Source: an uncultured Pseudomonadota bacterium (GTDB taxonomy: Bacteria > Pseudomonadota > Alphaproteobacteria > Rs-D84). From it: a DNA stretch of 64,000 nucleotides. Positions 8,629 through 17,991 of this stretch are shown here, one piece after another; the stretch's first letter is position 1; every line of letters starts with the position of its first letter. Both the position numbers and the translations under genes were made by a program. The notes below the pieces were generated by a model, which made no database searches, was not told the DNA's origin, and saw only the letters and a program-made list of their open reading frames with translations. Location of the stretch: the NCBI GenBank assembly GCA_902802115.1, contig CADCKW010000003.1, positions 5,637 through 69,636 on the forward strand, read 5' to 3'.

Positions 8629-10335
8629 TTACATTTTGCTAGGTATTTCTAATCCCATTAAGTTTGTTGCTGTGACCAGTGTATCTCGTGCTAATTTTGC
8701 GATGTATAATCTGGTTTGTTTTGTGGATTCGTCTATGTCGTCGCGCAATATTGGGCATTCGTGATAAAAACCGTTGATTAATTGACACAGATTATACGCA
8801 TAGTTTGCTATCAAGTCTGTCGCCCTATTTTCGCATGCGGTATCAATAGTTCTGTCAAAATCCAAGATTGCCAACAACAAATTACGTTCATCTGCGTTTA
8901 TTGTTGTATCAACAATCTTGGGTTCAATAGTGGCACGATTTAACACAGAGTTTAGACGGACAGCCGTATATAAAACATACGGCCCTGTGCGTCCCTCGAA
9001 ACTGGTAATAGCAGATGTGTCAAATATATAATCTGATTTTACATCGTGTATTAAATCGTTAAATTTGACCGCCGCCAGCGCGATAGTTTTTATTGTTTCC
9101 GCGTCCAAGTTTTTATTGGATTCTGCAATGCGCGCATTAACGGCTTCGTAAGCCATATCTAAAATATCATCTAATCCTGCGGCGTTTCCGTCACGTGTTT
9201 TAAACGGTTTGCCGTCTGCACCATTTATAGTTCCATAGCCAATATGTTCGAATTTTTCGTATGGATATATACCAGATTTATCGGCTGTGCGGAATAATTG
9301 TTCGAAATGCAGCGATTGACGCAAATCTGTAAAATAAATGATTTTGTCAGGATTATCTTTTATTTTTCTGCAATACACAGCCGCCAAATCGGTAGAATCA
9401 TATGTGTCGGCACCACGCGAATCACGCCACATATACGGTGGAATTGGCGCAGTATCTGTATCGCGTTTAGTATCGATAACCATGGCGCCATCACTTTCAT
9501 AAATCATATGTTTTTCATTTAAAATTTTTTCAACTTGCCCAAGGTATTGTGCAGCATTTCGTTCGCCTAAATCATAATCAAATGGCAATATATTCAATCT
9601 TTGCACAGTGTTATTCATTGCGCGCAATGATATCGCCAAAAACTTTTCATATAACGCAAAATATCCTGGGTGACCCGCTTGAAACTTTGCTTTGATTTCT
9701 TGCGCCCGGGCCTGAAAATCTGCATCTTGTTTGGCCAATGCAGATGCCGCCGGATAATATGTGTTTAATTCGTTTGGGTCTATTTCATAATCAACATGTG
9801 TTTGTGGGTCGAATCCTTCTTGAAAATATGGCAATTCAGGATGCAAACGTTCAATCCAAGCAATGATTAAGCCCATTGGTTTGCCCCAATCACCAATATG
9901 ATTCCACGAAAATGTTTTGTGCCCCATAAAACGAAATATTCTGTTTAATGTATCACCAACAATAGATGTGCGCAAATGCCCAATATGCAAAGATTTTGCA
10001 ACATTATATGCACCATAATCCATATCAATTACCAATGGATTTTGTTCTGTGCGTGGTTGTGGCGCGGTTGCGTTTTGTAAAATAAATTCATTTTTGATTT
10101 TTATGTTTATAAATCCTGGTCCTGCAATTTCTGCGGATGCCACAAAATCCAATTCTTGAATCTTTGGTAATATTTCAGCCGCCAATTCACGAGGGTTTTT
10201 ATGTGCCAACTTTGCACCAACCATTGCCGCATTTGTCGAAAAGTCACCAAAATCACGATTGCGTGGTGTTTCCAAATTTGCCACAAAACCTAACTTTTCG
10301 TTTATTGCATTTGATACATATTTATATAAATTCAT
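8629..10335 (-). CDS. argS: Arginyl-tRNA synthetase
   Basis: FGDFSTN, AGPGFIN, HIGH motif (LHIGHLR), GDWG, FKTRDG, FEGRTGPY. Confidence 0.96.
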   Translation of the reverse strand: MNLYKYVSNAINEKLGFVANLETPRNRDFGDFSTNAAMVGAKLAHKNPRELAAEILPKIQELDFVASAEIAGPGFINIKIKNEFILQNATAPQPRTEQNPLVIDMDYGAYNVAKSLHIGHLRTSIVGDTLNRIFRFMGHKTFSWNHIGDWGKPMGLIIAWIERLHPELPYFQEGFDPQTHVDYEIDPNELNTYYPAASALAKQDADFQARAQEIKAKFQAGHPGYFALYEKFLAISLRAMNNTVQRLNILPFDYDLGERNAAQYLGQVEKILNEKHMIYESDGAMVIDTKRDTDTAPIPPYMWRDSRGADTYDSTDLAAVYCRKIKDNPDKIIYFTDLRQSLHFEQLFRTADKSGIYPYEKFEHIGYGTINGADGKPFKTRDGNAAGLDDILDMAYEAVNARIAESNKNLDAETIKTIALAAVKFNDLIHDVKSDYIFDTSAITSFEGRTGPYVLYTAVRLNSVLNRATIEPKIVDTTINADERNLLLAILDFDRTIDTACENRATDLIANYAYNLCQLINGFYHECPILRDDIDESTKQTRLYIAKLARDTLVTATNLMGLEIPSKM

Positions 10336-10376
10336 TTATAAAACTCTTTATTTTAGTGATTGTTTTTATTTTATTT

Positions 10377-11660
10377 TTATTCAATCGGTAAAATCACCCG
10401 AACACGCAATCCACCCATAGAACTGTTTTCCAAGAACAGTTGTCCGCCATGGTTTTCAATAGCAGTTTTGGCAATAGACAACCCCAAACCTGTTCCGCCT
10501 GTATCGGTGCCACGCGCGTTATCCAAACGCACAAATGGTCGCAAGGCATCTTCTTTGCGGTCATCTGGAATACCTGGACCATCATCTTCAATAATAACCT
10601 CTATAACATCGGTTTTATCGTGTTCTGTAATTTTTATCTTTTTGTCGGCATATCTGGCAGCATTTTCAATAATATTACTGAACGCACGCGTTAAAGCCAT
10701 TGGACGCGCATAGAATTGAACAGGGTTTTCCGGCAAATCTAATTCTATTTTTTTGTTTGGTGCCGCATCGCGTGCAATACGCGTTAATGTCGCAGGCAAC
10801 TCTGTTGTTTGCTCTATTTCGGGTGTTTCGCCACGCGCAAATGCCAGGTACCCATTTACCATTTCTGTCATGCGGTCAATATCTTGCAACAGTGTTTTTT
10901 GCGATGCGTCGCCTGTTTCAACCGCCAAACGCATACGCGTCAAAGGCGCCTTTAAATCATGACTGACCGCATTTAACATATCTGTTCTGGTGCGATTATA
11001 TCGGTCAATGCGTTCCTTCATTTTAATCATGGATTCGGCAGCATTGCGTATTTCCAAAGAACCACTGGGGACAAATCCAGGCGCATCAAGCCCGCGACCA
11101 AAGCGATTTGCCGCATTTGAAATACGGCGAATACTGCGCGAATGCAACACTATAAACGGCGCAATCAATATAGATACTATCAATATCGAACCAATCAGCC
11201 AGATGATAAAAACCTCGGTACTGGTGGAATATATGCGATGTAAAGATGTGCCAAATGTGGCAATTTCGTTGTTTTTTGTTGGAACATCGATGAAAACCAG
11301 TCTTTCACCGCGGTCTATATATATATTTGCCGGGCGTTTTAATTGTGATTCCAGATGTTTTGATAAACGCCCTGCTATCATTGATTTATTGTCGTTTTTT
11401 GCAGGTCTGTTTAATTTATGATTTACAGATACATTTACACCAATATCCGCCGCCATAGATTTTGCAACCGGCAAATTGTCGTTATCTATAAAATTCATCA
11501 TCGTTGTAATTTCCGCAGACAAACTGCGCGCCATTGTGTTATGAACACGCGACCAGTGGTTGCCGAAAAAGAATTCTGCAATAATAACCTGGGTCACAAG
11601 CAATGGTATCAACACCATCAATATAGTGCGTGCCAAAAAACTTCTGGGTATCAATCTCAT
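10377..11660 (-). CDS. EnvZ-like membrane sensor histidine kinase
   Basis: Two TM helices, HAMP, H-box SHDLKAPLTR, N-box NIIENA, DDGPGI, GTGLGL. Confidence 0.92.
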   Translation of the reverse strand: MRLIPRSFLARTILMVLIPLLVTQVIIAEFFFGNHWSRVHNTMARSLSAEITTMMNFIDNDNLPVAKSMAADIGVNVSVNHKLNRPAKNDNKSMIAGRLSKHLESQLKRPANIYIDRGERLVFIDVPTKNNEIATFGTSLHRIYSTSTEVFIIWLIGSILIVSILIAPFIVLHSRSIRRISNAANRFGRGLDAPGFVPSGSLEIRNAAESMIKMKERIDRYNRTRTDMLNAVSHDLKAPLTRMRLAVETGDASQKTLLQDIDRMTEMVNGYLAFARGETPEIEQTTELPATLTRIARDAAPNKKIELDLPENPVQFYARPMALTRAFSNIIENAARYADKKIKITEHDKTDVIEVIIEDDGPGIPDDRKEDALRPFVRLDNARGTDTGGTGLGLSIAKTAIENHGGQLFLENSSMGGLRVRVILPIE

Positions 11661-11666
11661 GTTTTT

Positions 11667-12317
11667 TTACCGTTTTTCTGGTGTGGGGGCAACAACCAAT
11701 TTGTATCCGCGCCCACGAATAGTTAGTATATCTGTGTTTGATAATACATCATTTATTTTAGTTCGCAAGCGTTTTGCGACCATTGGTGATGCCGGCACAA
11801 TATTTCCAATTGGCGTTATTAAATTATGCAACAATTTCTTTTCTTCGTTTGACAAAGAAAATAATCGCCGTTGGGAATCTGTGGGCGACACAACAAAAAA
11901 CTCTTCATCGGCATAAATCAGCCCATCTGGCAACGATTGCGTTGATGTATTTGGCGACAATTTTGTGATATTATTCAACCGCAATACCAATTCTTGTAAT
12001 TGAAAAGGCTTTGCCAAGTAGTCGTTTGCCCCACTTGACAGGCCATCAATCGCATTTTCAGGTCCAGACATCGCCGTCAGCATCAAAACAGGTGTCAAAT
12101 TTCCAGACGAACGCATTTGCTTCAAGAACGACAAACCGTCTTGACCCCCCATCATTCTGTCCAAAACAATCGCATCAACAGATATTTTGTTTAATATTTC
12201 TGCGCCTTGTTCGGCAGAATCCGCCGTTAAAACCGAAAAATCGCACCTACGCAAGCCATTGGCCAGGCTTTTCCTTAATAAATCATCATCATCAATAATT
12301 AGTATTGTTTTGTTCAT
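11667..12317 (-). CDS. OmpR-family response regulator with a shortened winged-helix domain
   Basis: Receiver motifs IDDD, LDRMM, LTA, KPF; C-terminal IRGRGYKL. Confidence 0.88.
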   Translation of the reverse strand: MNKTILIIDDDDLLRKSLANGLRRCDFSVLTADSAEQGAEILNKISVDAIVLDRMMGGQDGLSFLKQMRSSGNLTPVLMLTAMSGPENAIDGLSSGANDYLAKPFQLQELVLRLNNITKLSPNTSTQSLPDGLIYADEEFFVVSPTDSQRRLFSLSNEEKKLLHNLITPIGNIVPASPMVAKRLRTKINDVLSNTDILTIRGRGYKLVVAPTPEKR

Positions 12318-12323
12318 AATACT

Positions 12324-13235
12324 TTATTGCATGGGTTCAACCGCATATTCGCCAGGTTGGATTGTTAAAACAGATTCATTTTCGTCATTTACAGATAAAC
12401 CACGCGATGCCGCACGAAAATTCATGCCACGTGTTGAATACTCTGTTTTAAACAACGCATATCCTGTTCCACCACCCGCAGTTGTTCCCTGGGTTCCAAT
12501 TGAATAATATCCGCCCAAAATACCATAATCCAAATCTATATAATCCAGATTTATCAAAAGTGAAACACTGCTGGTGCCGTCACTGGTCAAATTGCAAGAA
12601 AATTCACGATTTGACAATGTTGCCTGGGAATTTACAGGAATTACAATATCCATAACCGTTTGTTCGCAACGCCTGTCAATGCCATTTACCAATATATTAT
12701 ATGTCATACCAATAGATGCACGCGACAGACCAGTTGATAAATTTACCTGGGAAATAGAAGCCTTTGGAATTTTAACAATCGCATTTGCAATTCCAGTACG
12801 AACCGGGAAAGATATCCCAGTCTGCAAACAATCACGCGAAAACGGGTCAGCCTCGCATATATATAATCTGGAATATCCGTTCATCATAAACATTTGACTC
12901 AGGCTGTTAAACAAGAAATTGCGTGTAATACGGTCGTTTAATTTTGTACAGTTAAAATTACGACAAATCACCATTGGACGTTCCGCAAATCCAACGCCCG
13001 GATGGGCACAAGCCTCGGCATCGCGGGTGATTGCAATGTTAGTATCAAAATTAAACGTGTCGTCCTGTTGCATAAATACAGTTTCAGGTATGAAATTTTG
13101 ATCGTCAGGATATGCATAATATGATGCCACAGGTGTTTCTGTGTATATCGTTTGCAATTCTTGGACATATGTGTTTGCCATTGCGGACTGTGCGCAAATC
13201 AAGGCACCAGCAATCATTAAATTGGATTTATACAT
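12324..13235 (-). CDS. Hypothetical secreted protein with several Cys
   Basis: Signal-like N-terminus (AQSAMA), AAGGA RBS, 303 aa, co-oriented with the two-component genes. Confidence 0.7.
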   Translation of the reverse strand: MYKSNLMIAGALICAQSAMANTYVQELQTIYTETPVASYYAYPDDQNFIPETVFMQQDDTFNFDTNIAITRDAEACAHPGVGFAERPMVICRNFNCTKLNDRITRNFLFNSLSQMFMMNGYSRLYICEADPFSRDCLQTGISFPVRTGIANAIVKIPKASISQVNLSTGLSRASIGMTYNILVNGIDRRCEQTVMDIVIPVNSQATLSNREFSCNLTSDGTSSVSLLINLDYIDLDYGILGGYYSIGTQGTTAGGGTGYALFKTEYSTRGMNFRAASRGLSVNDENESVLTIQPGEYAVEPMQ

Positions 13236-13381
13236 GTTTGTTTCCTTATTCCTTTTATTTTAGTCTAGACTTTTTTTCTAATGCGTGTCAAAGCAAAAAT
13301 ATTTTTATTGAAAATTAAAATCGATTTGTATTATAAAGTGTCCTGTATAGAATATAATTTTAAATAGGAAGGTTGATAAAA

Positions 13382-14041
13382 ATGGTTGATGTTATTATTA
13401 CAGGCGAAAGTGGTAAATTACACGCAGTTTATCATAAATCTGCAAATCCCGGCGCGCCGGTTGCGGTTGTGCTGTCTGGAAATCCACGTCAAAAACATCA
13501 TATGAACGACAGAGTTTCATATGCGATGTTTCGTGCATTTATGGATATTGGTTTTTCGGTTGTGCGGTTTAATTATCGTGGCGTTAATGATTCCGACGGT
13601 GCGATTGGGACGGCGGCTGAAAACATGTTGGATATTGCAACGGTTATAGATTGGATACAAAACCAAAACGAAGACAGCGAAAGAATCTGGCTGGCAGGAC
13701 ATCAAATGGGTGCATGGTATGCATTACAGGCCATGATGCGCAGACCAGAGATTTCTGGATTTGTATTGGTTTCACCCGACAGGTCTTTTTCTGATTTTCA
13801 ATTTTTATCACCACGTCCTAATCGCGGACTGTTGTTGCAAGGTGCCGCCGAAGAAGGCGATACAAAATCATTTAGCAATCATTTAACAAATCTGTTAAAA
13901 AAGCAGGCAAAAATAACATTGGAAACCATTGTTATCAAAGGCGCAGATGCAAATTATTCTGCGCCGGCAGATTTGCGACAAATGTATAACGATTTCAAGG
14001 CCTATGTTGGACGTGAAGATACAGACACAAAATTGTTATAG
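13382..14041 (+). CDS. Alpha/beta-hydrolase-fold protein (Atu1826-like family) with an apparently degenerate catalytic triad
   Basis: GFSVVRFNYRG, MMRRPEISGF and DFQFLSP match the family; nucleophile elbow reads GHQMG. Confidence 0.8.
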   Translation: MVDVIITGESGKLHAVYHKSANPGAPVAVVLSGNPRQKHHMNDRVSYAMFRAFMDIGFSVVRFNYRGVNDSDGAIGTAAENMLDIATVIDWIQNQNEDSERIWLAGHQMGAWYALQAMMRRPEISGFVLVSPDRSFSDFQFLSPRPNRGLLLQGAAEEGDTKSFSNHLTNLLKKQAKITLETIVIKGADANYSAPADLRQMYNDFKAYVGREDTDTKLL

Positions 14042-14050
14042 GGTTTTTAA

Positions 14051-15040
14051 ATGAATACAAATGACAGATTTGTTGATCCAAATATTCCAGATGAATTGGC
14101 GAGTTCTATTCGTCCAAAAACACTGGCTGATTTTATTGGCCACGATGCGTTAAAGAAAAATTTATCTGTTTTTATTTCTGGGGCAAAATCACGTGGCGAG
14201 GCCATGGACCATGTGTTGTTATATGGACCACCGGGGTTGGGAAAAACCACATTGGCACATATTGTTGCAAATGAATTGGGAACAAATTTTCGTGCAACAT
14301 CGGCACCTATGCTGACCAAACAAGGCGATTTGGCGGCAATATTAACCGCGTTGGAACCCATGGACGTTTTGTTTATAGATGAAATTCACAGATTGCCAAC
14401 AGCCATCGAAGAAGTTTTGTATTCTGCGATGGAAGATTTTAAGTTGGATATTATGTTGGGCGAAGGTCCGTCTGCAAAAAGTGTTCGCATAGATTTACCG
14501 CCTTTTACATTGGTTGGTGCAACAACACGAACAGGGTTATTATCAAATCCTTTGCGTGAAAGGTTTGGTATTGATTTAAGGCTGTCTTTCTATCCGGCTG
14601 ACGATTTGGCAAAAATCATTATGCGCAGTGCAAATGTGTTGGGGACCCCCATTGACGAAGCCGGGGCATATATGTTGGCAAAAAGCGCGCGTGGAACCCC
14701 GCGTATTGCAAACAGACTGTTAAAACGCGCACGCGATTTTGCAAATGCGTTGCATGCCAATACAATTACCGCAGACACAATAAAAACCACCCTATTCCAA
14801 TTACATATTGACGAGTCTGGATTGGACGCGGTTGATAGGGATTATATGACGACAATTATAAATCATTATGCGGGTGGCCCTGTGGGAATCGACAACCTGG
14901 CCGCCGCATTGAGTGAGCCTGCGGACACTATCGAAGATGTTATTGAACCTTATTTAATGCAACTGGGGTTGATACAACGGACGCCGCGTGGTCGTATTGT
15001 GACCGATAAAGGCTATGAACATTTGGGGTTAAAAAAGTAA
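14051..15040 (+). CDS. ruvB: Holliday junction branch migration helicase RuvB
   Basis: [40 protein letters not shown]. Confidence 0.98.
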   Translation: MNTNDRFVDPNIPDELASSIRPKTLADFIGHDALKKNLSVFISGAKSRGEAMDHVLLYGPPGLGKTTLAHIVANELGTNFRATSAPMLTKQGDLAAILTALEPMDVLFIDEIHRLPTAIEEVLYSAMEDFKLDIMLGEGPSAKSVRIDLPPFTLVGATTRTGLLSNPLRERFGIDLRLSFYPADDLAKIIMRSANVLGTPIDEAGAYMLAKSARGTPRIANRLLKRARDFANALHANTITADTIKTTLFQLHIDESGLDAVDRDYMTTIINHYAGGPVGIDNLAAALSEPADTIEDVIEPYLMQLGLIQRTPRGRIVTDKGYEHLGLKK

Positions 15041-15750
15041 TGTCAAAATTATACTATGCTTTTGTTGCGTCTTTGTTTTTGGCGGGTTGTGCCGGGACAT
15101 CGTCATACAAATACAAAAACAATACAAAACCATACACAATTGGTGGAACAACATATTACCCAATGGAAAATGCTGGTAATTTCAGTGAAACCGGTGTTGC
15201 GTCGTGGTATGGACCAGACTTTCATGGGAAACAAACCGCCAGTGGCGAAACATATAACAAATACGCATACACTGCGGCACATAAAACTTTACCATTTGGA
15301 ACGCGGGTCAAGGTGACAAACCTGGATAACAATGCAACAACAAATGTTATTATCAACGACCGCGGGCCTTTTAAATCTGGACGCATAATTGATTTATCAT
15401 ATTCTGCTGCCAAAGATATAGATATGATTGGAACAGGAACAGCGCGTGTTCGTATAAATGCGATTGGTTCAACAAATACAGCAAAAACAACACAAACAGC
15501 CCGCAATACAAAATCAACAAGTGCGGCAACACAAACCGGTAATTATTATGTTCAGGTTGGTTCGTATTCTGTATCAAACAACGCGACCAAGACAAGCCAG
15601 AGTTTAAAATCTATGGGCTATGCCAATTCAATAAAACAACAAAACGGAAAATATTCTGTTCGTGTTGGACCGTATGAAACACGTGCGCGTGCAACATCGG
15701 CACGCGATAATTTGCGCAAAACATATTCTGGGGCATTTATAGTGGAGTAA
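15040..15750 (+). CDS. rlpA: Septal ring lytic transglycosylase lipoprotein RlpA (DPBB + SPOR)
   Basis: Lipobox LAGC, GVASWYG, TAAHKTLPFG, INDRGPF, RIIDLS, C-terminal SPOR (YVQVGSY). Confidence 0.93.
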   Translation: MSKLYYAFVASLFLAGCAGTSSYKYKNNTKPYTIGGTTYYPMENAGNFSETGVASWYGPDFHGKQTASGETYNKYAYTAAHKTLPFGTRVKVTNLDNNATTNVIINDRGPFKSGRIIDLSYSAAKDIDMIGTGTARVRINAIGSTNTAKTTQTARNTKSTSAATQTGNYYVQVGSYSVSNNATKTSQSLKSMGYANSIKQQNGKYSVRVGPYETRARATSARDNLRKTYSGAFIVE

Positions 15751-15753
15751 AAA

Positions 15754-16128
15754 ATGACAACGCATAAATTTAAATTTCAAATTGCATATGCGGACACCGA
15801 TGCCGGTGGCATTGTGTATCACCCGCGTTATATTGAAATCGCAGAACGCGCGCGTATGGATTGGTCACGCGGAATTAAAATACCAGATGACGATTTGGGC
15901 TTTGTTGTTAGACAACTGGATATAAAATACAGTATGCCATTATTATTGGGCGACGATATCATCGTTGAAACCACGCCAATCAATATTGGTGCGGCATCGA
16001 TGAAAATTGAACAAAAGTTTTTACGTAATGATGAAATTTGTGCTATAATGAATATCACGATAGCCTATTTGGGTAAAAATATGCGTCCAAAGGCAATCCC
16101 AGATTCGATTATGAGTTTTTTGAAATAA
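15754..16128 (+). CDS. ybgC: YbgC-like acyl-CoA thioesterase
   Basis: YADTDAGGIVYH motif; position before tolQ. Confidence 0.88.
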   Translation: MTTHKFKFQIAYADTDAGGIVYHPRYIEIAERARMDWSRGIKIPDDDLGFVVRQLDIKYSMPLLLGDDIIVETTPINIGAASMKIEQKFLRNDEICAIMNITIAYLGKNMRPKAIPDSIMSFLK

Positions 16129-16152
16129 TATAAATAAAAAAAAGGAAAGGAA

Positions 16153-16647
16153 ATGACTAACAATTTTTCGTTATTGAATTTATTTACCGGCGATATAATG
16201 ACTTTGTTTGTGTCGTTGGTTTTGGTTGCATTGAGTATATTGTCTTGGGCGGTAATTATTGAAAAATATCGTGTTTGGAAAATGGTTAAACATAACCCTG
16301 TTAAAATCAAACCTGGTGATAATCTAGATGTGATTGTGGATAAACTGATACGACCATTTGATAAAAATTTATGGTTTTTATCTATGGTGTCTTATGTTTC
16401 GCCTTTTATTGGTTTGTTTGGCACTGTTTGGGGTGTTATGGATTCTTTTGCGTCCATTGGTGTTAATCAATCGGTCAGTATTGGCGTTATTGCACCAGGT
16501 TTGGCAACCGCATTGGGAACAACCGCATTGGGTTTGATTGCGGCAATACCTGCGGCAATCGCGTTCCAGTATTATGCCAAAAAAGCAGATGATTTATACA
16601 ATAAACTGGACGAAAACCGTATTGAGTTAAAATCACAAAATAAATAA
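16153..16647 (+). CDS. tolQ: TolQ/ExbB proton channel (short form)
   Basis: SPFIGLFGTVWGVM, IAPGLATALGTTALGL..AIPA. Confidence 0.88.
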   Translation: MTNNFSLLNLFTGDIMTLFVSLVLVALSILSWAVIIEKYRVWKMVKHNPVKIKPGDNLDVIVDKLIRPFDKNLWFLSMVSYVSPFIGLFGTVWGVMDSFASIGVNQSVSIGVIAPGLATALGTTALGLIAAIPAAIAFQYYAKKADDLYNKLDENRIELKSQNK

Positions 16648-16660
16648 AAAGGTGTATATT

Positions 16661-17062
16661 ATGCCCAGAAGAACACGACGTTTTGATGCCGGAATATCTT
16701 TGACACCAATGATTGATATTATGACAACATTGTTGGCGGTGTTTATGGTGACAACACCTATGATGACCGCGGGTATTGATTTAGATTTGCCACGCGCCGG
16801 ACATTCGGCGATGACTGGGAATGACCATGCGATTCAAATTAGTGTTGATGCAATGGGACGTTATTATTTGGCGCGCGATATGATGGATTTGGACAGTGTT
16901 GTAAAACGCGCGGCGGCAATGCGCACAGAAAATCCAAATCTGGCCATTACAATCAGTGGCGACACCCATGCGGATTATGGTGCGGTTATGCGCGCAATGG
17001 GTCGGTTAAAAGATGCAGGTTTTCAAAAAGTTGGTTTAAGAACACAAATCGATAATAAATAA
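16661..17062 (+). CDS. tolR: TolR/ExbD
   Basis: LTPMIDIM..LL..FMVTTPM, DLP, GDTHADYG. Confidence 0.88.
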   Translation: MPRRTRRFDAGISLTPMIDIMTTLLAVFMVTTPMMTAGIDLDLPRAGHSAMTGNDHAIQISVDAMGRYYLARDMMDLDSVVKRAAAMRTENPNLAITISGDTHADYGAVMRAMGRLKDAGFQKVGLRTQIDNK

Positions 17063-17820
17063 TGAAAAACAAAGCCAAACAATTTTATAGTGAAAATATA
17101 TTAATGTCATTGGCGGGTCATTTGGCATTGATTGTTGTCATGATAACATCGGTGGCGATATTTATAGAACGCGCCGAATTGGTGACACCTGACCGTATTG
17201 AAATTATGGAAATTGATTTGAGTAATGTAAAAATTTCCGGTATGGACACCAAATTATACAACACCGATGCACCAAAGACTGATAAAACACCCGAACAACC
17301 AAAAGAAGAACCAAAACCCGCCGTTGCACCGGAACCAGATGCCGCAAAAAATGATAAAATTGCTGACAGTTTGATTGATGATACGGATTCAAAAAAACAA
17401 CCTGAAAAGCCAACAAATCCGCAAAAAAATGATATTGCCGATGCAAATGCACCAAAAAAGAAAACGGTGGTTAGAGTCAATCGCGAGGTTTTATCTTTGG
17501 ACAGAACGCTGACCGTTTCGGTGGTTGATGCGTTGCGTGTGGCAATGACGCGTTGTTGGGTTATTGATTCATCGCGGTCAGATTTGGCGGACATTCGTGC
17601 GGTTGCACATTTGAAAATGCGCCCCAACGGAACGGTGGCGGACGTATGGTTTGAAAGTGCCGCGCGCGCAGAAAACGACCCGGCATTTGCATATGTTTTG
17701 GACACAATACGTGCGGCAATACGGACATGCGAACCGTTATCTATGTTGCCCCGCAACGAATACAAGAACTGGGAAAGCATACAACTGACATTTTACCCGA
17801 CATCTGGGCGGGTTATGTAA
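17062..17820 (+). CDS. tolA: TolA/TonB-like protein
   Basis: N-terminal TM with S-x3-H (SLAGH), Pro/Lys-rich linker, C-terminal domain with CW and C..L..LP; follows tolQR. Confidence 0.75.
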   Translation: MKNKAKQFYSENILMSLAGHLALIVVMITSVAIFIERAELVTPDRIEIMEIDLSNVKISGMDTKLYNTDAPKTDKTPEQPKEEPKPAVAPEPDAAKNDKIADSLIDDTDSKKQPEKPTNPQKNDIADANAPKKKTVVRVNREVLSLDRTLTVSVVDALRVAMTRCWVIDSSRSDLADIRAVAHLKMRPNGTVADVWFESAARAENDPAFAYVLDTIRAAIRTCEPLSMLPRNEYKNWESIQLTFYPTSGRVM

Positions 17821-17845
17821 AAAAACGGGTGTCGCCCGTTTTTTT
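17821..17845 (+). terminator. Intrinsic terminator ending the ruvB-tolA operon
   Basis: AAAAACGGG-TGTCG-CCCGTTTTTTT. Confidence 0.7.
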
Positions 17846-17991
17846 ACAGTGTGCAGTGTTCAGTTTTCAATATTCAGTTGATTAATTATTGGTAAAACTG
17901 CTGTCAAATTTTTTTGTTAAAATTTTTCATTATTTTTCATTTGCGTATTTATGAAAAAATGTTCTATGCTTAATCCATAGGGGAAAGGATT

